From positions 62,560,001-62,624,000 of the forward strand of contig CM059438.1 in the NCBI GenBank assembly GCA_030390025.1: a stretch of 64,000 bases of DNA, in the 5' to 3' direction. The stretch comes from Squalus acanthias. Its lineage: Eukaryota. Of the stretch, positions 38,730 to 48,660 are shown piece after piece; the stretch's first letter is position 1; each line of letters begins with the position of its first letter. A program made the position numbers and the translations under genes. Under the pieces are notes generated by a model, which saw only the letters and a program-made list of their open reading frames with translations, had not been told where the DNA came from and made no database searches.

Positions 38730-39130
38730 TATGAGGTTGTATAGACTAGGCTTGTATTCCCTTGAGTATAGAAGATTATGGGGTGATTTAATTGAGGTGT
38801 TTAAGATAATTAAAGGAGTTGATAGGGGAGATAGAGAGAAACAATTTCTGCTGGCGGGGAGTCCAGAACAAGGGGGCATAACCTTAAAATTAGAGCTGGG
38901 CCGTTCAGGGGTGATGACAGGAAGCACTTCTTCACACAAAGGGTAGTGGAAATCTGGAACTCTCTCCCCAAAAATCCATTGAGGCTGAGGGGTCAATTGA
39001 AAATTACAAAACTAAGATTGATTTTTGTTCAGCAAGAGTATTAAGGGTTATGGAACCAAGGCCGGTGAATGGAGTTAAGATACAGACCAGGCTCGAGGGC
39101 CTGAATGGCCTACTCCTGTTCCTATGCTCC
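38730..39130 (+). mobile_element. CR1 LINE 3' fragment
   Basis: RLYRLGLYSLEYRRLWGDLIEVFKIIKG. Confidence 0.8.
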
Positions 39131-39224
39131 TATGAGTCTGCCAAGCATCGAGGCTAATGGTTGGGGAGAGTGGCGTGGGGCCTTCTCACTCAAGTCCTAT
39201 CCTGGCTTCCCCCATTGCCCACCT

Positions 39225-39470
39225 AGAATAGAACCATAGAACAGTACGCCACAGAAGGAGGCCATTCGGCCCATCGAATCTGCGCCGGCTCTTTCGAAGA
39301 GCAATCCAGTTAGTCCCACTCCCCCCCCCGCTCTTTCCCCATATCCCTGCAATTTTTTTCTCCTTCAAGTATTTATCCAATTCCCTTTTGAAGGCTGCTA
39401 TTGAATCTGCATCCAACCACCCTATCAGGCAGTGCGCATTCCCAATCCTAACCACTCGTTGCTTAAAAAG
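39225..39470 (-). mobile_element. CR1 LINE 3' fragment
   Basis: QRVVRI...AFKRELDKYLK and CR1 3' UTR. Confidence 0.75.
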
Positions 39471-39850
39471 GTTCGTATAAAGTGCATTGCAGTTACGACT
39501 GCAAGCTAATCTGCAGGCTTTTTGCCAAGAGTTTTCGGCCTGGAAATCCGATAAAGCCCGAAAACCGAGCGGTGCCACCGCAGGGCGGGGTTTGCTCGTG
39601 CCTGTAAAAAGATCGCAGGCAGTGCCATTATTTTGGTGCTGCCTGCTGATTTGAATGGTAGCAGCGCACGGCCGAGTGCGGAACTCGCTGCTTCAGGCTG
39701 TGAGGTCAGCAGGAGGCCCAATGTAACGTGGCTGGAGCGTCCCTGAACCGAGGCAGCCTTTTCTTAAAGCGAAGCTGTCATTTTAGAAAGCAGTTTTGAG
39801 CCCTTAAAGGGGAATGCCTTCTAAAATAAAAAAAGAATCATTTAAAAATA

Positions 39851-40281
39851 TGATGCGGAGATGCCGGTGTTGGACTGGGGTGGACAAAAGTGAGAAGTCG
39901 CACAACACCAGGTTATAGTCCAACAGCTTTATTTGAAATCACAAGCTTTCGGAGCGCTGCTCCTTCGTCAGGTGAAGTGAAGAGATACATATAGGCACAG
40001 CATATATCGTCAGAGAACACAGCCAGATGATTACAGTTAATCTTTCCAACTGCCCTTTATCACACCTCGGCAGAGAGATAATCACGGCAATCAAAGGTGT
40101 GGATGGTGTCCAAACAGGTCAGTCAGCAAAACATTACATCAAAGACAATGTGGCAGACGCTGGGGTCTGTATGGAAAACAAAAAACTTTTTTTGCTTCAC
40201 CTGACGAAGGAGCAGCGCTCCGAAAGCTTGTGATTTCAAATAAAACTGTTGGACTATAACCTGGTGTTGTGCGACTTCTCA
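39851..40281. mobile_element. Penelope-derived fold-back element (family A) with two inverted hammerhead cores
   Basis: TSD CATTTAAAAATA at 39839-39850 and 40282-40293; cores at 39943-39971 (-) and 40201-40229 (+); interior is the reverse complement of 36.56-36.77 kb. Confidence 0.85.
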
Positions 40282-40429
40282 CATTTAAAAATAGGCAGTC
40301 TTTAACCCTTAGAGCTCAACTACCTCCTGGAAAAAAGAAAAACATTAAAAATAATTCCAAAATGGCAGTCTTCAGCTCTTAAAGCTGAACTGCCTTCTGC
40401 ACGTATGGTAAAAGTGCTTCAGCACTTAC

Positions 40430-42338
40430 ACAAATGGCTCAGCAAGCCAGGGAAGGGGCACCCAGGGTCTCACACGCAGCACTCCAGCTTTGAGCAAGGG
40501 GTCAACACTGCAAAAGAGGTCCTCTACTCACAGGGGGCCAGGAGGCCCTCCAGAAAGAAGGATGTGGGACCAGATCGCCGAGGCCGTCACTGCCAGCAGT
40601 GTCACCCCCAGGACCTGGCTCCAGTGGCCAAAGAAGTTTCATGACCTCAGACCACTGGTCAAGGTCAGTGAATGCATCTTCAAAGGCCGTCTCCTCCCAA
40701 CTGCACCATTAGCCTCACACACTGCTCAATGCACGACCCACCCCCCAATCACTCACCTACCAACAATCTGCGCCAATCACGAGGCACATCTCCCAATCCT
40801 AGCTTCACCTCACCCCCTTGGAGGAGACAGTGCTGGCCAATCTTGGCAGGGGCATGGCTGAGCCCTTGGCCAACGGCGGGGCTGAAAGAATACAAGATGC
40901 AGGTATCCTCATACATTATCTTCCTTCTCACATTCCACTTCCCCCTCATGCCACAATCTCTTCTGATGTACAAGCTGCGCATGCTGTAGGCATGCAGTTC
41001 TTGCTTTCCCTCCCTCCCCTCACCACAACCCTACCCTTGTGCCTTCCTCATTTCAGACACCCAAGAAATCCAGCCTGCTCAGCCAGTGGTTAACCAAGAA
41101 GAGGGAGAGGAGAGTGAAGAAGAAGAAACACCATCACTTGATTTGACACTCCCAGCCATCAGCTCCTCGAGGTTGTCCTGCAAGGCCATCTGCAGTGTCC
41201 CCCACTGAAAGTCAGCAGCCTTCCACCAGCCATGGGGTAGCACTGTGTGACATCACTAGGATAGGCAAAGGCACACACAGGCCTGTCACTAAGGGAATGC
41301 ACAAGGGTGATTAATTGATTTCTTGATGTCATATTGGATGCATACATGGATAAAGTTGGATTGGAAAGTTTGCTTTGTGGTGGTTTTTATTTCAGCATTG
41401 TGGCCAAGAGGACGCTGTGATGGTCAGTAACAGAGGGAAGGTAAGGTGTGAGGGGTAAGGTTGAAAGGGGAATTGGGGTTGTGTTCACTGGTACCGCAGG
41501 CGGATGATTCGATCCCGGATATCCCAGCCAAAAAGGGGCTGTCTGGGTTGCATCCTTCCTTCCGCTTCCTCCTCTTCTGCTTCTTCCTCTTCTGCTTCTT
41601 CCTCTTCCACTTCTTCCTCTTCCCTCTGTGAGCAGCTTGTCCCCTTTGCTGCCTTTGCTTCATCTCCATGTGCCCCCCAGGACTGTGAGCAAGTGGTCTT
41701 CTCAGAGGCAAAGTACTGCAGATGCTGGAAATCTGAAATAAAAACAGAAAATGCTGGAACTACTCAGCAGGTCAGGCAGCATCTCGACTTGAAACGTTAA
41801 CTCTGTTTCTCTCTCCACGGGTGCTGCCTGACCTGCTGAGTATTTCCAGTATTTTCTGTCTTCTCAGAAGCCTTCCTTTACCATCCAAAGCCTTGCAAGC
41901 ATCCAGCAGCACTCCCTGCACACTTTAACAACTTTTTAAATGTATTGCGCCAAGGCACTACTTCAATAAAATATTTAAAAAGCCCAAAAGCTGAAATCCA
42001 AACTTAACTGTGTATCCTTTTAAGAAGTGCTGACAGCATCTCTGCAGTGCTGCTCCACGCTCGTTCTTCCGTGCGTGTTTTTAGAGAGGGCATTATGGCG
42101 TGTGGCGATGTCGAAAATAGCAGGTCATGGCGTCAAATCAGGCATTGCACGGCGATTAACGTCATGAAACTGCTCATTTGAACTTGAGAGGCCAGCGCTG
42201 GCAATGGCAGCACTATGGAGCTCACCAAAATAGCGGCTGTCGTGTCCCGCGCCAGAAGCGGGCGGAAGCGAGGCGGCCGTCATTTTTTGAAGAAATACGG
42301 CGCAAACACACGGCGTTAAGGTTGGGAATTTTTAGGCC
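40430..42338. mobile_element. Degenerate PIF/Harbinger-like transposon with Myb/SANT remnant
   Basis: MWDQIAEAVTASSVTPRTWLQWPKKFHDL (about 40560-40650) matches the Myb/SANT-like trihelix motif and is followed by a GT donor; acidic EEEE-rich remnant on - strand near 41.6 kb; TIR-like end AATTTTTAGGCC. Confidence 0.6.
41707..41857. mobile_element. Tiny Penelope family B fold-back insertion
   Basis: TSD GTCTTCTCAGA at 41696-41706 and 41858-41868; inverted arms; only the GAAACGTTAAC half of the hammerhead remains. Confidence 0.8.
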
Positions 42339-42509
42339 ATAGGTTATTACACAAAACTTTTCAGCAGAGTTACTGGGGGGAACATTATTGTGGGGAACTA
42401 CAGTAGTAATGCCTCGAACACAAAAGCTTGGACATAAACCCAATCGAAGATTATTATTCAACTTTTAACTTGGGGAATACTTACATAAATTTACCTTTCG
42501 AGTAATTCT

Positions 42510-44581
42510 TGTAAGGGGTTGTGGCGTGCTAGTATCGCAGACGGTGCTGGTGCGAGGTTAGGCCTTCGTTGCCTAATACTATTGCTTGCTCTGGTCTCCG
42601 GCCAGCCTTGTTGCAATAAGCACCTGTGAGTGGTTCGACCCACTCGCCCTTACGGTTCTAACACTGGACTTAGGTGCGAGAGCAGTAATGCAGAGAAAAA
42701 CTCAAATAGACCCGGTCGAATAGTACGAAATGGAAATCTTTATTGCATAGCGTCCAAGATCATGAAGTACATGTCATAGGCGCAAATTAACGAGAGTACA
42801 AGTACACATACATTCATAAAGCTTGGTCTGTGGTAATGAAGAACGCACGGCACATCGTAAAAAGGGGAACACATTATACTTTATCCTTAATAAAACCACC
42901 CTCCCCTATCAATACCTACACTACATCTAAATTTGTAGGATCGGGGAACATGCTCACCACTCGTGATACTTCGGAGAATTTTAAAGTGAGGCACTCGGCT
43001 CGTTTCGCTGCAGCGCCTGACTGTCACGTGTTTGGAGGGGTCTCTGTACCCCACTTGTTTATCTTCGCTGCTGCAGCAAGCAGGCTGGGCTCCCCGTTGT
43101 CATGAAGAACTCGACAGCACTCGGGCCCGGCTGTAGAACTCAAAGAAAAGTCTTCCTGTACCGACACCAGTTGTCGATAGAATTCGAAGAAGAGTCTTTG
43201 ACCAGTTCGTGCAGTAACCTGTAGAGTTCAAGAAATGGGTCGTATATTTTCGGGCGCGGTCGGGGTTTACTGACCGCGGCGGCACGTGGATTCTTCTTCT
43301 CTTCTTCTCGTCTCGTCTCGTCTCTTCGGGCCTTCGGGTCCAGACACCGTTTACCGACCCTCGGGATGGTGCACCCGGTCACTGGCCTTCGTCGAGGCGG
43401 CTCGTTCCGTTTGAGCTCCACCCAACATTCGAATAACCGTCCAGAGCGGCTAAAGTCCAGAGGCAACAGAGTCCAGAGAAAACACAGAAGGCTGCTCGTC
43501 CAGCAGAGTTCAGCCCGAGTCAAGAGTCCGCAGAGATAAGAGCATCAGCCGAGATAAGCGTCCGCAGAGATAAGAGAGCGATGGACATTTGTTGTCTATA
43601 GTTATAGTGCTGTGTTCCCTTATCTCCCACCCAAATCTTAATGTTTGTCCTTTGTGAAATATTGGCGCTCAAAACTCCCAGCATGGGGTGATTCTTGTCT
43701 TTAACGGGTTTCGGTAGCACCTGAGACTGGCCAACTACCCGTTAATGTTTTCCCCATTGTTGAACCGGCTAGGAGCCTCCCTGGCTGGGTTTTGGGGGCC
43801 CCCGAATACTTGTTTAATCACCCGAGAATGGCTCTCTCATTGTAGAGCCGTGGGGGTATTTGCGTATTGATGTGTCTGGATGGGCCTTCGATTGCCCAGT
43901 ACAATGGTCCTTACTTGTGCATGGAAAAACGATTCCAGCACTTATATCTTTGCTATTGTTCCAAATGCAAACAGGTTGCATCCTGTCTTTATCAGTGCTT
44001 ATCGAGTATGATCCCGTCTTATATTGAAAATGTTTATTCGAACGCCATCTTGTCTGCCCACTGTACTTCTGGAAACTTCTGCCACGATGCGCGGCGGCCA
44101 TTTTACAGGCTTCTGTGTCCTGTTTAATCATGATGTGGAGATGCCGGCGTTAGACTGGGGTGGACAAAAATGAGAAGTCGCACAACACCAGGTTATAGTC
44201 CAACAGATTTATTTAATTTTACAAGCTTTCGAAGCAGTTCGCTCCTTCGTCAGGTAAGTTAGCAATGAGAGAATCTCCCAGAATTCACAATTTAAACACA
44301 GACAAAATCTATTCACATTTTTCCTACAACAAAGAGCACAGCCAAGACAATGAGATGTGTCCCAGGGACCCCCTGGGACACATCTCATTGCTAACTTACC
44401 TGACGAAGGAGCGAACTGCTTCGAAAGCTTGTAAAATTAAATAAATCTGTTGGACTATAACCTGGTGTTGTGCGACTTCTCATTTCTGTTTAATCATGAC
44501 AGCATTTCGTTTAAATAAACTGATCAAACGAATCTGCTTCTATCTCGTTATTTCGAATCGCGATAATTGCGAAACTTTACA
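42510..44581 (-). mobile_element. Solo LTR (about 1.7 kb after removing the nested insert), retroviral or Gypsy type
   Basis: TGTAA at 42510 and TTACA ending 44581, flanked by TTCT on both sides; minus-strand TATAA (43602-43606) and AATAAA (42739-42744); CpG-rich relative to flanks. Confidence 0.7.
44134..44485. mobile_element. Penelope-derived fold-back element (family A variant) with two inverted hammerhead cores
   Basis: Direct repeat CTGTTTAATCATGA at 44120-44133 and 44486-44499; inverted arms 44168-44270 and 44383-44485; cores at 44223-44253 (-) and 44400-44430 (+). Confidence 0.9.
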
Positions 44582-45924
44582 TTCTACATGTAGACTACTT
44601 ATGTATGTTTTTGCAGCGATGAGGGGCAGTAACCTTGGCTGCTATTTTTCCCCCTCCCTACTTCCCTATCCCAGGAGACCCGTGGCTAGTTGTAGCAATG
44701 CCACCCTGGCTAAGATCAGCACATAGTGGGACCTTCCTCTTCCGTGTGGATCAATACCGCACGTGGTGGTGCACTCATCACTGGGGAGACATTTGTGACG
44801 GCAGCCACACTTCAATGAATCAGTGGAAGATCAAAGGCTGGGGGGGGTCAGTGATGTCCTGACCCGCACTCTCTGCGAAGAACACTCCTCACTGGGAAAC
44901 CCCGTGGGTGAATCAACCCGAGGATATCTCGAAGTTTGGTCTTCTTTTAAAAGTGAATATTTTGTGCTCATTAGGTTGGGGTGGGGTGGAGGGTGCCAAC
45001 AGAGGAATGGACCACTTTCCCGTTTTGATTAGCGTCAAGAGCTCCTAGGTTTAGGGATATCAGCATCCAAAAGCAGAGTGAAGCTCCTCGGACTGAGCCT
45101 CAATAATGTGCTTTGAGTCCCAAGTATCAGAAGAGTTTTCCCCACACTGGCCGTTCTTGTCACCTCCCACTTGAGTGAGACCGTGCGACACGATCGGCAT
45201 TGAACTTGTAGTCATTCACCACCCACCGGGGTAGATCAGATAAACGCGCTCTCCCAGCGTGGACCTTCACACGGGAGCGCTCGGCAGGAGTTCCTCGCAC
45301 AGAGGTCAGTGCGCTCCCCTGTGGTGGTTCGCCCATTAACGAACAGCAGAGGGTATGGGGCGTGCCGACCCCAGGCCCGCGCTCCCGCCCTGCAAAGCTC
45401 GGCGCCAGGAGCGCTAGTTGGTAAAATCAACCCCACTTAAGTATCAGCCCAGAAGGGACGTGGATGCCACCATTTTGGTTTCAATTCAAACCCAAGTCCC
45501 AGAGGGAAGAAGCAGAATTTCTTTGACCATTCACTCACAACATGCCAGTTTATATAAGAAATTCTTACAAGCACCCAAAATAAAATTTCACAAACATCTA
45601 CTATCTTGAAAGAAAAAGTTGCAGAAAATACTTAAAATATGGATTCAAGTTTGAAAAAACAATTACAGTCTTCATAACGAGTGATTCACATAGTCAGTTC
45701 TGTATAAGGTGGTATATATTAATTTAAGCATGTTATTGCAATAACTGATTAAGCACATACAAGAAAATGTTGTTAGAAGTTGTTACATTTCTTCAGTTAT
45801 ATTAGCTAAAGTGACATTTTAAATATTGTAAATGTTGATATATCTTAATACTTTGATATGTTGATGATTTGATATGTTAGTGATATGATATGCTAATGTC
45901 CTGTGATATTGCATTAAGGCACAG

Positions 45925-46270
45925 GAACCTCCACTTCCACCCCACAACCCCACCACCCCGAGATATCTGCGATCCTCTAATTTTGTCCTCTTGATCATCC
46001 CTGATTTAATCGCTCCAGCATTGGCAGCCGTGCCTTCAGCTGCCTAGGCCCTAAGCCCTGGAATTCCCTCCCTAAACCTCTCCGCCTCTCTACCTCTCCC
46101 TCCTCCTTTAAGATGCTCTTTAATACCTACCTCTTTGACCAAGGGGTCACCTGTCCTAATATCTCCTTAAGTGGCTCGATGTCAAATTTTGTTTTATAAC
46201 ACTCCTGTGAAGCACCTTGGGACGTTTTACTACGTTAAAGGCTCTATATAAATACAAGTTGTTTTTGTTG
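45925..46270 (+). mobile_element. L2-type LINE 3' end
   Basis: GSRAFSCLGPKPWNSLP motif and tail TTGGGACG...AAAGGC.CTATATAAAT; related pieces at 52880-53220 and 63800-63945. Confidence 0.7.
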
Positions 46271-46829
46271 TTGAAGTGCAGTAAGAAAGATCCCATTACT
46301 ATCTTTTTTCAGTCGCCCCTCGCTCAACCCCCCCTCCTCCAAATAGAACCGTCCATTCCCGCCCCCACCCTCTAATGTTCCTCCCTCTGCCTCCTGGAAG
46401 TGCTGACTCATGCTGGGGTTTGGTTCCATGGGGCGTTAACATCCAGCACTTCACACATTCATCGTCCTTGAGCTGTCGTGGTGAGTGTCGGCAGGTTATT
46501 TGCTTTTATGTGGTCAGGTGGGAGATTGGGTATTGTATTATAACTGAGCCTGATCCCATCCTCATTCAACGTCCACCCACATGCACTTTTCAGTAAAGAT
46601 CACTGGACAGTGGTCAAGAGTAGGAACTCTGGCTGATTTACGAGGCAACAACGCTTAAATACTACCTACTCAATCTGGCGCCTAATCCGCAGCAGTTTCT
46701 GAGAAGGGAGAAGGATTCTCTGGAAGGGTCTCTACCCAAAAAGTTAATCGGTCCCGTCAAATACAGTCCGAATCACGGCATCAATTCCAGCATTTGTTGG
46801 TTTAACTGCCAAGAGCTAAGTTCTAGCTA

Positions 46830-47315
46830 GAATCATAGAATCTTACAGCACAGAAGGAGGCCATTTGGCCCATTGTGCCTGTGAAAGAGCTATCCAATTA
46901 GTCCCACTCCCCCGCTCTTTCCCCATAGCCCTGCAAATTTTTCCTTTTCAAGTATATATCCAATCCCCTTTTGAAAGTTACTATTGAATCTGCTTCCACC
47001 GCCCTTTCAGGCAGTACATTCCAGATCATAACAACTCTCTGTGTAAAAAAACTTTCTCCTCATCTCCCCCCTGGTTCTTTGGCCAATTACCTTAAATCTG
47101 TGTCCTCTGGTTACTGACCTTCCTGCCAGTGGAAACAGTTTCTCCCTATCTACTCTATCGAAACCCCAAATAATTTTGAACACCTCTATTAAATCTCCCC
47201 TTAACCTTCCCTGCTCTAAGGAGAACAATCCCAACTTCTCTAGTCTCTGCACATAACTGAAGTCCCTCATCCCATGTACCATTCTAGTAAATCTCCTCCG
47301 CACCCTCTCTAAGGA
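46830..47315 (-). mobile_element. CR1 LINE 3' fragment
   Basis: LERVRRRFTRM...LGLFSLEQGRLRGDLIEVFKI...TRGHRFKV. Confidence 0.85.
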
Positions 47316-47404
47316 AACAATCTCGGGAGATCCCTGGTTAAGCAATAGGAAGTAATGATCTAAAATATCAAAATAAAGTGACATTTCAGAATGGCAACAG
47401 TAAT

Positions 47405-47410
47405 TTTATT
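47405..47410 (-). terminator. Candidate polyadenylation signal of the fucosyltransferase gene
   Basis: AATAAA on the minus strand about 75 nt after the stop codon. Confidence 0.35.
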
Positions 47411-47485
47411 TCTTATATATCTGTAATAAAACCTACTGATTTAAAGAAATAAAATTCTAATCTGAGGTAGATTAACAACAACTCT

Positions 47486-48541
47486 TTACTGGTGAAACCA
47501 GGCATATAAATCAGGATATACTTTTGACTGAGGGAGGCGATTAAATTTAGTGCAAATGTTACAAAACCTCTCTGTCCAGTCTGTGTACATCTTGACCACA
47601 TAGTTTTTCCTCCAGTTGAAATACTGCTCGTACCGAGTACTGTTCTCCCATAGACCCCTAAGGAAAGTGGCCAGTTCCTTTTCAGAGGCAAAGTCGTTCA
47701 CGTGAATGAAGGAATCTGGTGGGACAAACTTCTCGTAGTTAGCTCGAGGTGGCCCCAACACCACGGGAACAGACCCAGCCATGAAAGCGTTTCTCCAGAG
47801 CTTCTCTGTGATGTAGTCTCTGTGTACGGAGTTTTCGAAAGCCAGGTAAAAGGCATATCTGGAGATCGTTGGCAGTAGGTTTTCTTTGGGAAGGAATTTT
47901 CTGGCTGCCTTTCCATATACGTCTACTGTCATGTGCTTGGATAGATTGGCATGCACTTTTGCCCTCCAACTAGTTTTGTGGTAGTTGCTAACAACCCACG
48001 TCGAGAGGCCAGATTTCCGAGGGACAGAGAAATTGGATGGTTTGCCAGTTTGCATGAGTGTCCCGTAAGGAATGAAGATGTCAGAATCTGTCTTGTAGGT
48101 CATAGTCCAGTTGAAGTGGCCATTGAGTTGACGCATCCTTTTTGTGTTAGTCGGTGACTCCAAGGAGACCCAGAGCCATTTCTGCTTGGGAGGTCTCGCC
48201 TGCTGCGGCAAGCTGGAGCTCTTGATCTGGAATTCCCTATGGTGGAACACGACGACATCTGCACGATCAAACATGGACCTGTTGTGCGTGAGAATGCAGT
48301 TGTCAATCGCGTATAAATCCAGGCAAACATCTGCTCTCATAGTGGAGTTTCCGAGAAACGGCCAATGCCACACCAACACGACTAGAGGATCTTCAGCTTT
48401 TACGTAGCTTTTCACCGGCCAGATCATTTGGCTGATATAACAGTCAGTCACAATCTGCACGAAATATCCAGCTACCAATAGCAGTGCCAAGATTTTGCCA
48501 GTCTTCAATTTTGATTGTAAGTATATATGCAAGACTGCCAT
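47486..48541 (-). CDS. FUT7: Alpha-(1,3)-fucosyltransferase (GT10 family), FUT7-like, 351 aa
   Basis: Open frame from ATG at 48541 (the ORF-track start at 48604 is a TTG); N-terminal hydrophobic anchor, VLVWHWPF, ADVVVFHHRE, SLESP, FNWTMTYK.DSDIF.PYG, FYLAFENSVHRDYITEKLWRNA, VPVVLGP, DW.ERFC.IC and terminal WF. WHWPF and the C-terminus recall FUT7; paralogue assignment is not tested. Confidence 0.9.
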   Translation of the reverse strand: MAVLHIYLQSKLKTGKILALLLVAGYFVQIVTDCYISQMIWPVKSYVKAEDPLVVLVWHWPFLGNSTMRADVCLDLYAIDNCILTHNRSMFDRADVVVFHHREFQIKSSSLPQQARPPKQKWLWVSLESPTNTKRMRQLNGHFNWTMTYKTDSDIFIPYGTLMQTGKPSNFSVPRKSGLSTWVVSNYHKTSWRAKVHANLSKHMTVDVYGKAARKFLPKENLLPTISRYAFYLAFENSVHRDYITEKLWRNAFMAGSVPVVLGPPRANYEKFVPPDSFIHVNDFASEKELATFLRGLWENSTRYEQYFNWRKNYVVKMYTDWTERFCNICTKFNRLPQSKVYPDLYAWFHQ

Positions 48542-48639
48542 GTGTTGGTTTGCCAGCGATTGAAAAGAAACAGCAGCCTGAAGCTTGTAGAAATCTTGGT
48601 ACAAACATCTGCAGGAGGTGAGCTGCTTGTGAGCTGTCT

Positions 48640-48660
48640 CTGTAAGAACACATAGGGAGA
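48640..48660 (-). promoter_or_regulatory. Candidate splice acceptor for the FUT7-like coding exon
   Basis: Minus strand TCTCCCTATGTGTTCTTACAG| about 100 nt upstream of the ATG. Confidence 0.5.

Noticed and set aside
36515..40233. Twice-occurring peptide MITVNLSNCPLSHLGRE...
   Set aside because: Antisense reading of the repeated ribozyme element; recurrence is explained by DNA-level copying.
43140..43523. 127-codon ORF inside the solo LTR as a viral accessory gene
   Set aside because: Starts at TTG, has no ATG, crosses simple repeats and resembles nothing recognisable.
44101..44107. TTTTACA as the LTR right end
   Set aside because: No matching TSD there; the end at 44581 gives TTCT on both sides.
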